Below, in pieces: positions 1 to 9,039 of a stretch of 64,000 nucleotides of DNA. The translations under genes were made by a program, and so were the position numbers. The stretch comes from Chthonomonadales bacterium. Lineage in GTDB: Bacteria; Armatimonadota; Chthonomonadetes; Chthonomonadales; CAJBBX01. Numbering within the stretch: position 1 is the stretch's first letter; every line of letters begins with the position of its first letter. The stretch spans positions 64,001-128,000 of the forward strand of contig JBBIPC010000001.1 of assembly GCA_037443035.1 (NCBI GenBank). The letters are read 5' to 3'. Under the pieces are notes generated by a model. The model saw only the letters and a program-made list of their open reading frames with translations, searched no databases and was not told the origin of the DNA.

Positions 1-231
1 CCGGCACTGCACGTCCTCCTTAGCGGGACACCATCGGAAGCAAGAACCACACGTGTCAGCAGACCAGGTCTCTCCACTAGAAAGTACCGCATCAAAGGCC
101 GGAGTCCTTCCTATCTCCGGCGCCGTCGTCCGATGGTGTGCGCTAGCCTGCGATGACTTGCGCAGCCCTCCTGGCACAGCTTCGCCGTAATGTGAGGTAC
201 GGTACACAGAGGTACGCGTGGAGCGAGGACT

Positions 232-2364
232 ATGAACCGACTAGTGCGTTTGGCTTCGGCATGCCTGTGGTTGTTGGCCGCCACCCCGGGTGAGTGCCAG
301 GAGTCGTTCACTTTTCTGCACATCACCGATACCCATGTTACCTCTCAGCACAATACCGAGCCAGTAGTGGAGTTGCTGGCCCACTTGTCGGACGGCGCCA
401 AGCCAGCATTCGTTGTCAACACAGGGGACGTGACGGAGCTCGGAACGGAGGCCGAGTTTCAGGCGTACAAGCGCGTGGTTGCTTCGAGCCCTGTGCCGGT
501 CTATGCCGTGCCTGGCAACCATGATGTTCGCTGGGCGCCTACTGGCAAGGAAGCTTTCGAATCTGCTTGCGGCCGTCTGTATCAGTCCTTCGACTACGGC
601 GGCTGCCATTTCGTGCTGATGGACAGCACCGTGGTCCTGGAACACTGGGGGCACTTCGATGGAGCCCAGCTGGAATGGCTACGCAACGACTTGCGGCACG
701 TTGGCACGAACACGCCCGTTTTCTTGTTCTTCCATCACTGGTTAGGGCGAGCGGGGACGAATATTGACAATGCCGCCGAGTTTCTAGAGATCATAGCGCC
801 GTACAACGTTGTCGCCATCTTCGTGGGCCACGGTCACGCGGACCTGAAGTGGGAGGTGAACGGTATCCCATGCTTCATGGCTAGGGGGCTCTACCAGGGG
901 TCCCACCACGAGATCCGTGTCGCCGACGGCAAAGCCGAAGTCTACCGGTTGACTGGCAAAGCAGGCACTACCGCAAGAACGCTTCTCGAAGCACGGACGC
1001 TGTCAGGACATCCTCGGCGTAGAGTTGCTTTCGCGTGGGTGGGTCGCGGCAAGGGGCCGAAACGCTCACGCGTTTTTCGAACTGCGCTGACCGATGGTGC
1101 ACGACCAGTGGCGAGCGCACAAGCAACCTGGTGCCTGGACGGTGGCAAGCCCGCAGCCATGGCTAGGCGAACGCCAGGCGATTTGTGGTACAGCCAGGAG
1201 ACGAGCGACGAGGGAGTCGCTAGCGGATGGCATGTGCTCGGCCTTACCGTTACGGACAACGATGGTCGAACGTATACGAGGGAGGTCCCGTTCCAAGTAA
1301 GTCGTGGCGCCGAGGGGCTCGCTACCGTGTGGGAGCGGAGGACAGGCAGCACGATTCAAGGCTCGCCAGTGCTGAGCGACGAGACGCTCTATGTAGGCTC
1401 CTGCGACGCACACGTCTACGCTCTGGATGCGAGGAGCGGACGCGTACGCTGGGCGTATCGGACTGGTGGTGCAGTATACGCCACGCCATGTGTAACCGAT
1501 GCCTTGGTAGTGACGGGCTCGACAGATCATTACGTCTATGCTGTGGACCGCCAGCGAGGAAGGTTGCAGTGGCGTTTCGATGCAGGATCCCCGGTTCTGG
1601 CCACGGCGGCCTTCGCCGACGGCATCTTCTGCGTTGGGGCGAACCGGGCTATCTACGGCATCGATGCAACAACTGGTAAGGCGGTCTGGCGTGTACCGAC
1701 CGGCTCCTTCTTTCAGTCTAAGGCTGCGGCTGCCAACGGGGTGTTCATTCTTGGTGGCTGGGACAACGCTGTCTACGCCGTGGAGGCACGATCCGGTAAT
1801 GTACGATGGAAGGTGCAGATGGGCCGGACCAATGGAGGGAGGGGCACCCTAAGTTTCTACTACTCGCCTGCAATAGCGTCGCCTTGTGTCGGAGACGGAC
1901 GGGTCTACGTGTGCACAAATGATGGCGTCCTGCATGCGCTTTCTCTGGACACTGGGACGGAAGTGTGGACGACTCGAGCGCCAGCAGGAGGAGATACGTT
2001 CGGCTACTCCTCGCCGCTATTCCACGAGGGACGCATTTACGTCGGCGGACTCGGTGAGAAGGGACAAGGTGACTGCTATGCCCTGGACGCTGCTACCGGT
2101 ACACTGGTATGGCGATGCTCGACTGGCGCCGACAACTACGATTCCGGACCGGCCCTTTCGGGCGATCATGTTGTGATCGGATCGGTCCGCGGGCGCCTGA
2201 CGTGGATCGAACGGGCGACAGGAAAGGTGGCGGCCTATTACCAGCCGAGACCAGGATACAGCTTCACGACGCCCGTCTCCGACGGACGATGGACGTATAC
2301 TGCGTCCATGAATGGAACGGTAACGGCTGTGAGCTGTGTTAGCCGGGACGGCGGTGCACTATAG
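232..2364 (+). CDS. Secreted calcineurin-like metallophosphoesterase fused to a PQQ-like (BamB-type) beta-propeller
   Basis: Signal peptide; metallophosphoesterase motifs DTH, TGD, GNHD, HH, GHGH; C-terminal repeats such as 'YALDARSGRVRW' and 'YAVDRQRGRLQW'. Confidence 0.85.
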   Translation: MNRLVRLASACLWLLAATPGECQESFTFLHITDTHVTSQHNTEPVVELLAHLSDGAKPAFVVNTGDVTELGTEAEFQAYKRVVASSPVPVYAVPGNHDVRWAPTGKEAFESACGRLYQSFDYGGCHFVLMDSTVVLEHWGHFDGAQLEWLRNDLRHVGTNTPVFLFFHHWLGRAGTNIDNAAEFLEIIAPYNVVAIFVGHGHADLKWEVNGIPCFMARGLYQGSHHEIRVADGKAEVYRLTGKAGTTARTLLEARTLSGHPRRRVAFAWVGRGKGPKRSRVFRTALTDGARPVASAQATWCLDGGKPAAMARRTPGDLWYSQETSDEGVASGWHVLGLTVTDNDGRTYTREVPFQVSRGAEGLATVWERRTGSTIQGSPVLSDETLYVGSCDAHVYALDARSGRVRWAYRTGGAVYATPCVTDALVVTGSTDHYVYAVDRQRGRLQWRFDAGSPVLATAAFADGIFCVGANRAIYGIDATTGKAVWRVPTGSFFQSKAAAANGVFILGGWDNAVYAVEARSGNVRWKVQMGRTNGGRGTLSFYYSPAIASPCVGDGRVYVCTNDGVLHALSLDTGTEVWTTRAPAGGDTFGYSSPLFHEGRIYVGGLGEKGQGDCYALDAATGTLVWRCSTGADNYDSGPALSGDHVVIGSVRGRLTWIERATGKVAAYYQPRPGYSFTTPVSDGRWTYTASMNGTVTAVSCVSRDGGAL

Positions 2365-2377
2365 AGGAGAAAGGCAT

Positions 2378-2563
2378 ATGATCAGCAACGACCTCATCAA
2401 CATCTTGGCGTGTCCGGCGTGCGACAGCCGCCCTCCGGTGCGTCTAGACGGCGAGTGGATTGTCTGCACTGAGTGCATGCGACGGTATCCGATCCGGGAT
2501 GGAATCCCGATCATGCTGGTGAGCGAGGCCCAGTTGGCAGAGGACCTGGAGGCGAATGCATGA
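2378..2563 (+). CDS. Trm112 / UPF0434 (YcaR-like) zinc-ribbon protein
   Basis: LACPAC...CTEC..RYPIRDGIPIML signature; ATG 2378 follows GAGGAG. Confidence 0.9.
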   Translation: MISNDLINILACPACDSRPPVRLDGEWIVCTECMRRYPIRDGIPIMLVSEAQLAEDLEANA

Positions 2564-3006
2564 TCCGCCTGCTCGTGCTGCACGGTCCGAATTTGAACCT
2601 CCTGGGGGTTCGCGAGCCCGAGGTCTATGGCAAGGTCAGCTTCGACGATCTCAACCGCAGCATCAAACAGAGGGCCGCGGAGGTCGGCATCGAGGTGCGC
2701 ATTCTGCAATCGAACTCCGAGGGGGAGCTCATAGACGCCATCCACGATGCCTTGAGCTGGGCTGACGGCATTATCATCAACCCCGGTGCCCTGACGCATT
2801 ACTCGTACGCCATACGGGACGCTCTTGTGGCCGTGCGTCTACCGTGCATCGAGGTTCACATCAGCAACATCCACAGTCGAGAAGAATGGCGCCGGCGATC
2901 CGTGATTTCCCCCGTTGTTACCGGACAGATCGTCGGCTTCGGGAGCAGTGGTTATCTCCTCGCTCTGGAGGCGATGAGAGACCTTGTGGAGGAGAGCCAT
3001 AGATGA
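2560..3006 (+). CDS. aroQ: Type II 3-dehydroquinate dehydratase
   Basis: LHGPNLNLLGVREPEVYG, INPGALTHYS, EVHISN; ATGA overlap with the upstream gene. Confidence 0.97.
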   Translation: MIRLLVLHGPNLNLLGVREPEVYGKVSFDDLNRSIKQRAAEVGIEVRILQSNSEGELIDAIHDALSWADGIIINPGALTHYSYAIRDALVAVRLPCIEVHISNIHSREEWRRRSVISPVVTGQIVGFGSSGYLLALEAMRDLVEESHR

Positions 3007-4091
3007 CCGCACGCCAAGCAACCGCACGTCGCCTGGCCCTCTTGCGGGGCGCCCTGCGCGAGAGAGACATCGAGGCGATCCTCCTGAGCAACATGCTCAG
3101 CATCCGGTGGCTGACAAGCTTCACTGGGTCCTTTGGCTTCGTCTACGTGGACATGGCTTCAGCCTGGCTCGCCGTGGACTCCCGCTATCGGCTCCAGGCA
3201 AGCGAACAATGCGATGGACTGGAGATCCGCAATCTGACTTCCAGCGCAGCCGATAACCTCACCGAGATGCTAGGCGAGGCTGGGACGCACCGGATCGGTG
3301 TAGAGAGCGACCATCTTACTGTCGCGGCGCTCGAGCGGTACAGAGAACGCCTGGATGGTAAGGCGGATCTGGTGCCGGTGGCAGACGTTGTCCGAATTCT
3401 TCGCTACCGCAAGGATGAGACCGAACTCGCAGCCATCGAGCAAGCCTGCGCCATTGCAGACGAGGTATTCACGCATATCTGCGGCGTACTACGACCAGGC
3501 ACAACAGAACGTGATATCATGCTGGAGATCGAGTGGCGCATAAGGAAGGTGCACAAGGCCGAGGTGGCATTCCCTACGATCGTTGTCTCAGGCCCCCGGA
3601 CGGCGATGCCGCACGGCCAGCCGTCGGACAGGACGATGGAGGTCGGCGATCTTGTGACGCTCGATTTCGGCGCGCGCTGGGACGGGTACTGCTCGGATAT
3701 CACCCGGACCGTAGTCGTCGGTCGTGCGAACGAGGAGCAGCGGCGAGTGTATGACACGGTCTTGCATGCTCAGCAACGCGCCGTAGCGGCAATGACGGCT
3801 GGCGTACCAGCGAAGGATGTGGACGCACAGGCCCGGAAGTTCATCGCGGACGCAGGGCACGGTGATCATTTCGGTCACGGCCTCGGTCACGGCGTGGGAC
3901 TGGAGGTCCATGATGGACCCAACATGAGTCCGCGCAGTGACTTCGCACTCGAGGCCGGTATGGTGATGACGGTGGAACCCGGTATCTACGTCCCCGAATG
4001 GGGTGGCGTTCGCATAGAGGACGACGTGCTGGTAATGGATGGTGGCTGCCGCGTCTTGACGCAAGCGACGCGGGAGCTTCTGGAGCTGTAG
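3003..4091 (+). CDS. Xaa-Pro aminopeptidase/dipeptidase (M24B)
   Basis: Creatinase-like N-domain; DFG..GYCSDITRT, HGLGHGVGLEVHD, TVEPGIY, GVRIEDD. Confidence 0.95.
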   Translation: MTARQATARRLALLRGALRERDIEAILLSNMLSIRWLTSFTGSFGFVYVDMASAWLAVDSRYRLQASEQCDGLEIRNLTSSAADNLTEMLGEAGTHRIGVESDHLTVAALERYRERLDGKADLVPVADVVRILRYRKDETELAAIEQACAIADEVFTHICGVLRPGTTERDIMLEIEWRIRKVHKAEVAFPTIVVSGPRTAMPHGQPSDRTMEVGDLVTLDFGARWDGYCSDITRTVVVGRANEEQRRVYDTVLHAQQRAVAAMTAGVPAKDVDAQARKFIADAGHGDHFGHGLGHGVGLEVHDGPNMSPRSDFALEAGMVMTVEPGIYVPEWGGVRIEDDVLVMDGGCRVLTQATRELLEL

Positions 4092-4190
4092 GCCCGTCAC
4101 CGCCGACTGCATGTCGGATGCGTGCAGACTCGTGGGTGGACTACCGGGAGTCAGCAATCCGCCCGATGCTCGAGGGCAATGGGCGTCGAG

Positions 4191-5162
4191 CTACTGCGTC
4201 GCCTTTGGGGCGAGGAGCTGCTGTATTGCTGGGGTGTCGAGATTCTCCCGGGTTACGACGGTCACTCCTGTGTCAATGACGCGAGGCTCGATCTTCTCGC
4301 CGTTCGCCGCTCGAAGGGCAGTCTTCACCCCCTCGTAGCCCATGCGGTAGGGGTTCTGGACGATGAGCGCTTCCACAACGCCATCGCGGAGGGCTTGGAT
4401 CTCGGCCTCCGATGCGTCGTAGCAGACCAGCTTCACCTTGCCAACCTTGTTCAGCTGGCGAACGGCCTGGATCGCTCCCTCTGCCCCTCCCTGATTGGCT
4501 GCGAAGATGCCTGCCAGGTCCGGCGTGGACGTGATCATGGATTTGGTCTTGTCAAGACCGACCGAGACATCACTGTTCGAGTACAGAACCCTGTCGCCTA
4601 GCTCTACACCCGGATACTGAGCGATGCCTTCCTTGAACCCGCGCTCGCGATCGTCCGAGGAGCCTGCGCCTTTGATGAAGGGGAGAAGCCCTACTTTTCC
4701 TTTCTTTCCGATCGCTTGGGCCAGAGCGTCGGCAGCTGCGCGGCCGCCCTTGACGTTATCGGTCGCCAGGAACGCGGCGCTCACATCCGGCGTGATGCCG
4801 GAGTCGATCATTACCACAGGTATGCCCTGCTTCTGAGCATCCTCGACGTACCGGACGAGGCTCTTGGCATCACAAGCCGCAAGTACGATGGCCTTGACCT
4901 TCTTCGTGATCGCATTCTGGACCACACGAATCTGTCCGTCAATGTCCGTTTCCTCGGTGGGGCCTTCCCAGTGGATGGTGACGTTCATCTCCTTGCCTGC
5001 GTCCTCGGCGCCGGCCTTCACAGCTAGCCAGAACGACTGACTCGTGCCCTTGGGTATGACGGCGATGACGGATTTCTGATCCTTCGGCTTCTCCTCCGAG
5101 CAGCCTGACGCCAGCAACATCAGCCCGCACACGGCAGCCCCGAGCAGAGCAGGATGTCTCAT
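4191..5162 (-). CDS. Sugar ABC transporter substrate-binding lipoprotein (RbsB/LacI-like fold)
   Basis: Lipobox LASGC; IPKG...FW..VKAGA; ATDN..GG; VQNPYRMGY. Confidence 0.9.
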   Translation of the reverse strand: MRHPALLGAAVCGLMLLASGCSEEKPKDQKSVIAVIPKGTSQSFWLAVKAGAEDAGKEMNVTIHWEGPTEETDIDGQIRVVQNAITKKVKAIVLAACDAKSLVRYVEDAQKQGIPVVMIDSGITPDVSAAFLATDNVKGGRAAADALAQAIGKKGKVGLLPFIKGAGSSDDRERGFKEGIAQYPGVELGDRVLYSNSDVSVGLDKTKSMITSTPDLAGIFAANQGGAEGAIQAVRQLNKVGKVKLVCYDASEAEIQALRDGVVEALIVQNPYRMGYEGVKTALRAANGEKIEPRVIDTGVTVVTRENLDTPAIQQLLAPKATQ

Positions 5163-5217
5163 AGCGTTGTCCTCCTACGCATTGCCCGCCGACACGGTCG
5201 GGCACACATTCGCAGCG

Positions 5218-5246
5218 AGTATAGCGATGCATGAGGCGCGTGTCAA
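5218..5246 (-). promoter_or_regulatory. Sigma70-type promoter for the sugar-binding protein gene
   Basis: Minus strand TTGACA-17nt-TATACT, 55 nt upstream of the start codon. Confidence 0.75.
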
Positions 5247-5264
5247 CTGGGCGGATGCTTAGCA

Positions 5265-5293
5265 TTGCTTCATGCATTCTTGCGGGGTAAACT
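5265..5293 (+). promoter_or_regulatory. Candidate sigma70 promoter for queF-queD-pnt
   Basis: TTGCTT-17nt-TAAACT, 40 nt upstream of the queF ATG. Confidence 0.5.
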
Positions 5294-5333
5294 GCAATCG
5301 TGAGTCCTAGCAACGGAGTTTTCATGTAACGCC

Positions 5334-5699
5334 ATGCCAACGCCGCCCGAGAGGCTCGAAGTGTTCGATAACCCACGTCCCGAGCGGGTCTACACGATTC
5401 GCCACGTCTGTCCGGAGTTCACCTCGGTATGCCCCATAACGGGTCTACCGGACTTCGGGGTGATTACGATCGAGTACGTCCCAGACCGCCTTTGCGTGGA
5501 GCTCAAGTCGCTGAAGTACTACCTGTTCCGCTTTCGCCAGCAGGGCATCTTCTACGAAGCAGTCGTGAACCAGATCCTGGACGATCTCGTGGCAGTGCTC
5601 AAGCCCCGGCGCATGCAGGTCACCGGTGCCTTCAACGTGCGGGGCGGCATCCGTTCTACGGTCATCGCCGAATACCACGCCGAGGACGGGAGCCGCTAG
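5334..5699 (+). CDS. queF: NADPH-dependent preQ0 reductase (unimodular QueF)
   Basis: [15 protein letters not shown] and ELKSLKYY QueF motifs; C-terminal RGGI. Confidence 0.95.
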   Translation: MPTPPERLEVFDNPRPERVYTIRHVCPEFTSVCPITGLPDFGVITIEYVPDRLCVELKSLKYYLFRFRQQGIFYEAVVNQILDDLVAVLKPRRMQVTGAFNVRGGIRSTVIAEYHAEDGSR

Positions 5700-5706
5700 C
5701 ACGTCC

Positions 5707-6072
5707 ATGTACACCCTCATCGTTCGTAGTGCCTTCGATGCTGCGCATTGCCTCCCAGGATACGACGGGAAGTGCGCGCGTCTGCATGGCCACACCTATC
5801 GCGTGGAGGCGGAGTTCCAGGGCGACCGGCTGAACGAGCAGGGCATGTTGCTGGACTTTGTGGAGCTGCGCAGCGCCCTCGAGGCTGTACTTCCGGACCA
5901 CGCTAACCTCAACGAGATCCTCGATGTAGTGCCTACCGCGGAGAATATCGCAAGGTGGGTGTATGACCGACTTCAAAGCAGAGGACTTCCCGTGGCGGCC
6001 GTGACGGTCTGGGAGACGGATCATTACGGGTGCCGCTATGCTTCCGACGGCGCGGCTACGAAAGGAGGCTAG
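5707..6072 (+). CDS. queD: 6-carboxytetrahydropterin synthase
   Basis: FDAAH.LPGYDGKCARLHGHTY, PTAENIA, VWET. Confidence 0.92.
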   Translation: MYTLIVRSAFDAAHCLPGYDGKCARLHGHTYRVEAEFQGDRLNEQGMLLDFVELRSALEAVLPDHANLNEILDVVPTAENIARWVYDRLQSRGLPVAAVTVWETDHYGCRYASDGAATKGG

Positions 6073-6073
6073 C

Positions 6074-7237
6074 TTGGTTGTAGGAGTTGTCAGGGAGAAG
6101 TACGTCGGAGAGAGACGTGTAGCGCTGGTTCCTGCTTCGGCAACCCAGTTGCGCAAGGCTGGTCTCGACGTCCTCGTGGAGGCCCAAGCCGGTGCAGCAG
6201 CCGGTTATCCAGATGCTCTGTATGTTGACTCAGGCTGCAGCGTTGTGGCAGACCGCGAGGAGCTGCTTGCCAAGTGCGATGTATTGCTGGCCGTACGCGC
6301 ATGCGGGGCTGACCCTGATGGCTGGCCCGGCATCCAGGCTGCGCTCAAGGCCGGCCGAGCAGTGATCGCCATGATGGACCCGTTGGGCGCTCCGGAGGTA
6401 CTGCAGGATGCTGCAGCGGCCGGGCTGACGCTCTTCGCCCTGGAACTCCTGCCGCGCATCACCAGGGCGCAAGCCATGGACGTGCTGTCGTCGCAGGCGA
6501 ATCTGGCCGGGTACAAGGCCGTGCTGCTTGCGGCGAACGCGCTGCCGAAGCTATTCCCCATGATGATGACGGCCGCAGGAACGATCACGCCTTCGAAGGT
6601 GTTCGTCTTGGGAGCAGGCGTCGCCGGACTGCAGGCCATCGCGACTGCTCGGCGCCTGGGAGCCGTCGTGACCGCCTACGATGTTCGTCCGGCCGTCAAG
6701 GAGCAGGTAGAAAGCCTGGGGGCGCGGTTCGCAGAGCTGCCCCTCGAAGTCGGCGAGGCCCAGGACACTGGCGGTTACGCTAAGGCTTTGGGCGAGGATT
6801 TCTACCGCCGGCAGGCCGAGATGATGGCTGGGATACTGGCCGAAACGGATGCAGTCATCACTACCGCGGCCGTGCCTGGCAAGAAAGCACCGGTGCTGAT
6901 CACCAAGGAGATGGTCGAAGGCATGCGACCGGGCTCTGTGATTGTGGACCTGGCTGCGGAACGGGGCGGGAACTGCGAGCTTACACAGGCGGGCAAGTCC
7001 GTCGAACATGCAGGTGTCACGGTTATCGGCCCGATGAACCTGCCTTCGGAGGTTCCGTTCCACGCAAGTCAGCTCTACGGAAAGAACATGGCCAACTTCG
7101 TCGCATACGTCACCAAAGGTGGCGCCCTCTCTCTGGACACAACAGACGAGATAGTCGCCGGGACGCTTGTGGCGAGCGACGGGAAGCTGGTCCACGCCGC
7201 AGTACGGCAGGCTCTTGGTCTGCCCGAGAAGGAGTAG
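6074..7237 (+). CDS. pntA: NAD(P) transhydrogenase subunit alpha, part 1 (dI)
   Basis: ERRVALVP, RITRAQAMDVLSSQ, GAGVAGLQA, GGYAK; TTG start after AAGGAGG. Confidence 0.95.
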   Translation: MVVGVVREKYVGERRVALVPASATQLRKAGLDVLVEAQAGAAAGYPDALYVDSGCSVVADREELLAKCDVLLAVRACGADPDGWPGIQAALKAGRAVIAMMDPLGAPEVLQDAAAAGLTLFALELLPRITRAQAMDVLSSQANLAGYKAVLLAANALPKLFPMMMTAAGTITPSKVFVLGAGVAGLQAIATARRLGAVVTAYDVRPAVKEQVESLGARFAELPLEVGEAQDTGGYAKALGEDFYRRQAEMMAGILAETDAVITTAAVPGKKAPVLITKEMVEGMRPGSVIVDLAAERGGNCELTQAGKSVEHAGVTVIGPMNLPSEVPFHASQLYGKNMANFVAYVTKGGALSLDTTDEIVAGTLVASDGKLVHAAVRQALGLPEKE

Positions 7238-7244
7238 CTCCACG

Positions 7245-7550
7245 ATGGACTCCCTCATGTCCGATCTGTACGTCTTCCTGCTGGCGACCTTCCTGGGATT
7301 CGAGGTCATACGCCGCGTAACGCCATTGCTTCACACACCTCTGATGTCCTTGACGAACGCAATATCCGCTATCTCGCTCGTAGGGTCCATTGTCATCCTC
7401 GGGGAGCAGCGCACCACACTCACAACGATTCTCGGTGCAGTGGCCGTGACGGCGTCCATGATCAACGTCGTCAGCGGTTTCCTTATCACGGACCGCATGT
7501 TGCGCATGTTCAAGACAAGGGCGCCGCAGGGCAAGGGGAAGGGTGCGTGA
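7245..7550 (+). CDS. pntA: NAD(P) transhydrogenase subunit alpha, part 2 (membrane)
   Basis: VTPLLHTPLMSLTNAIS, INVVSGFLITDRML. Confidence 0.93.
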   Translation: MDSLMSDLYVFLLATFLGFEVIRRVTPLLHTPLMSLTNAISAISLVGSIVILGEQRTTLTTILGAVAVTASMINVVSGFLITDRMLRMFKTRAPQGKGKGA

Positions 7551-8980
7551 TGCCGCACGGAGCTGAGACACTGGCGAGCGTGAACTGGCAGCAGGTTCTC
7601 ACCCAGACCTCCTACCTGATCGCTGCTGCGCTATTCATCCTGTCGTTGAAGTGGCTGAGCGCCCCGACAACTGCGCGACGCGGCGTTATCGCGGGCGAGG
7701 TCGGCATGCTACTGGCCATTGCCGGAACGCTGCTGCTGCCCGATATCCAGGCATTCCACTGGATTCTGCTCACATTCTTCATCGGGGCGGCAGTGGGAAT
7801 CCCTATCGCAGTTCTCATGCCCATGACAGCCGTGCCGCAGCGAACCGCGCTGTCACACTCGTTCGGTGGCCTGGCTGTCGGGTTAGTGGGCACTGCAAAG
7901 TACTACCTTTGGACCGCGGAGGAGCCAGGACGACTCACGCATTTCACCATGGGAGTCCTGGCGTTCGAGACGATCCTGGGATACCTGACGTTCACGGGAA
8001 GTCTGATGGCATTCGGCAAGCTACAGGGGTTGCTGCCGTCTCGTCCGATTACGTACCGCGGTCAGAACTTCGTGAACCTCGGTGTTCTTGCCGTGGCGCT
8101 AGCGATCGCCGTCTACCTCAATATCGAACCGACCCAGACGCGCCTGTTTCCCATAGTCATCGTGCTGGCGCTAGCCTTCGGCACCATGCTGATCATCCCC
8201 ATCGGCGGTGCGGACATGCCGACGGTCATCTCCTTGCTCAACTCCTATGCGGGCTTGAGCGCATCCGCCATGGGTTTCGTGCTGGAAAACAAGCTCCTGA
8301 TCATCGCGGGCGCTCTGGATGGTTCCTCCGGCTTCATCCTTTCCATCATCATGTGCCGGGCCATGAACCGATCCTTCACCAACGTGTTGTTTGGGGCGTT
8401 CGGTGCTGTGCAACAGACCGGCGGCGGCGACAAGGATGAGCGCACTGTTCGTTCTGCGCAACCCGAGGAGGCGGCGGCTATCTTGACGGCTGCGCAGTCG
8501 GTGGTCATTGTGCCAGGATACGGTCTGGCTGTGGCTCAGGCCCAGCACAAGGTGCGGGAGCTCTATGATCAGCTCACACGGCGGGGCATCGATGTGAAGT
8601 TCGGCATTCACCCTGTCGCCGGTCGGATGCCGGGACACATGAACGTCCTGCTTGCGGAAGCGGATATCCCCTACGACAGTCTCTTCGAGATGGAGGAGAT
8701 CAACTCGGAACTACCGCACACCGACGTAGCTCTGGTCATTGGGGCCAACGACGTCACCAATCCCGCAGCGCGAACTGACAAGTCGAGTCCAATCTACGGG
8801 ATGCCAATCATTGACGTGGACAAGGCACGCACGGTCATGGTGATCAAGCGCAGCATGAGTGCTGGATTCGCCGGTATCGAGAATGAGCTCTATTATATGG
8901 ACAAGACGCTCATGCTGTTTGGTGACGCCAAAGCCTTCGTAGCGGAGATGGTCAAGGCCATCGCGTCCGAGGGACACTGA
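7547..8980 (+). CDS. pntB: NAD(P) transhydrogenase subunit beta
   Basis: IGGADMP, LNSYAG, VPGYGLAVAQAQH, HPVAGRMPGHMN. Confidence 0.97.
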   Translation: MMPHGAETLASVNWQQVLTQTSYLIAAALFILSLKWLSAPTTARRGVIAGEVGMLLAIAGTLLLPDIQAFHWILLTFFIGAAVGIPIAVLMPMTAVPQRTALSHSFGGLAVGLVGTAKYYLWTAEEPGRLTHFTMGVLAFETILGYLTFTGSLMAFGKLQGLLPSRPITYRGQNFVNLGVLAVALAIAVYLNIEPTQTRLFPIVIVLALAFGTMLIIPIGGADMPTVISLLNSYAGLSASAMGFVLENKLLIIAGALDGSSGFILSIIMCRAMNRSFTNVLFGAFGAVQQTGGGDKDERTVRSAQPEEAAAILTAAQSVVIVPGYGLAVAQAQHKVRELYDQLTRRGIDVKFGIHPVAGRMPGHMNVLLAEADIPYDSLFEMEEINSELPHTDVALVIGANDVTNPAARTDKSSPIYGMPIIDVDKARTVMVIKRSMSAGFAGIENELYYMDKTLMLFGDAKAFVAEMVKAIASEGH

Positions 8981-8985
8981 CCTAC

Positions 8986-9024
8986 TGGCGCCCGGAGGTG
9001 CGAAGATGATGTTTCCGGGCGCCA
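8986..9024. terminator. Hairpin between convergent pntB and lon (probable bidirectional terminator)
   Basis: TGGCGCCCGGA...TCCGGGCGCCA 11-bp inverted repeat; no clear U-tract. Confidence 0.5.
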
Positions 9025-9039
9025 AGCCTACCCTGCGCC

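Noticed and set aside
129..160. Fluoride riboswitch (CGATGGTGT...GATGAC)
   Set aside because: P1 and pseudoknot complementarity are absent
5294..5333. preQ1 riboswitch upstream of queF
   Set aside because: No P1 stem with the characteristic loop and no A-rich 3' tail
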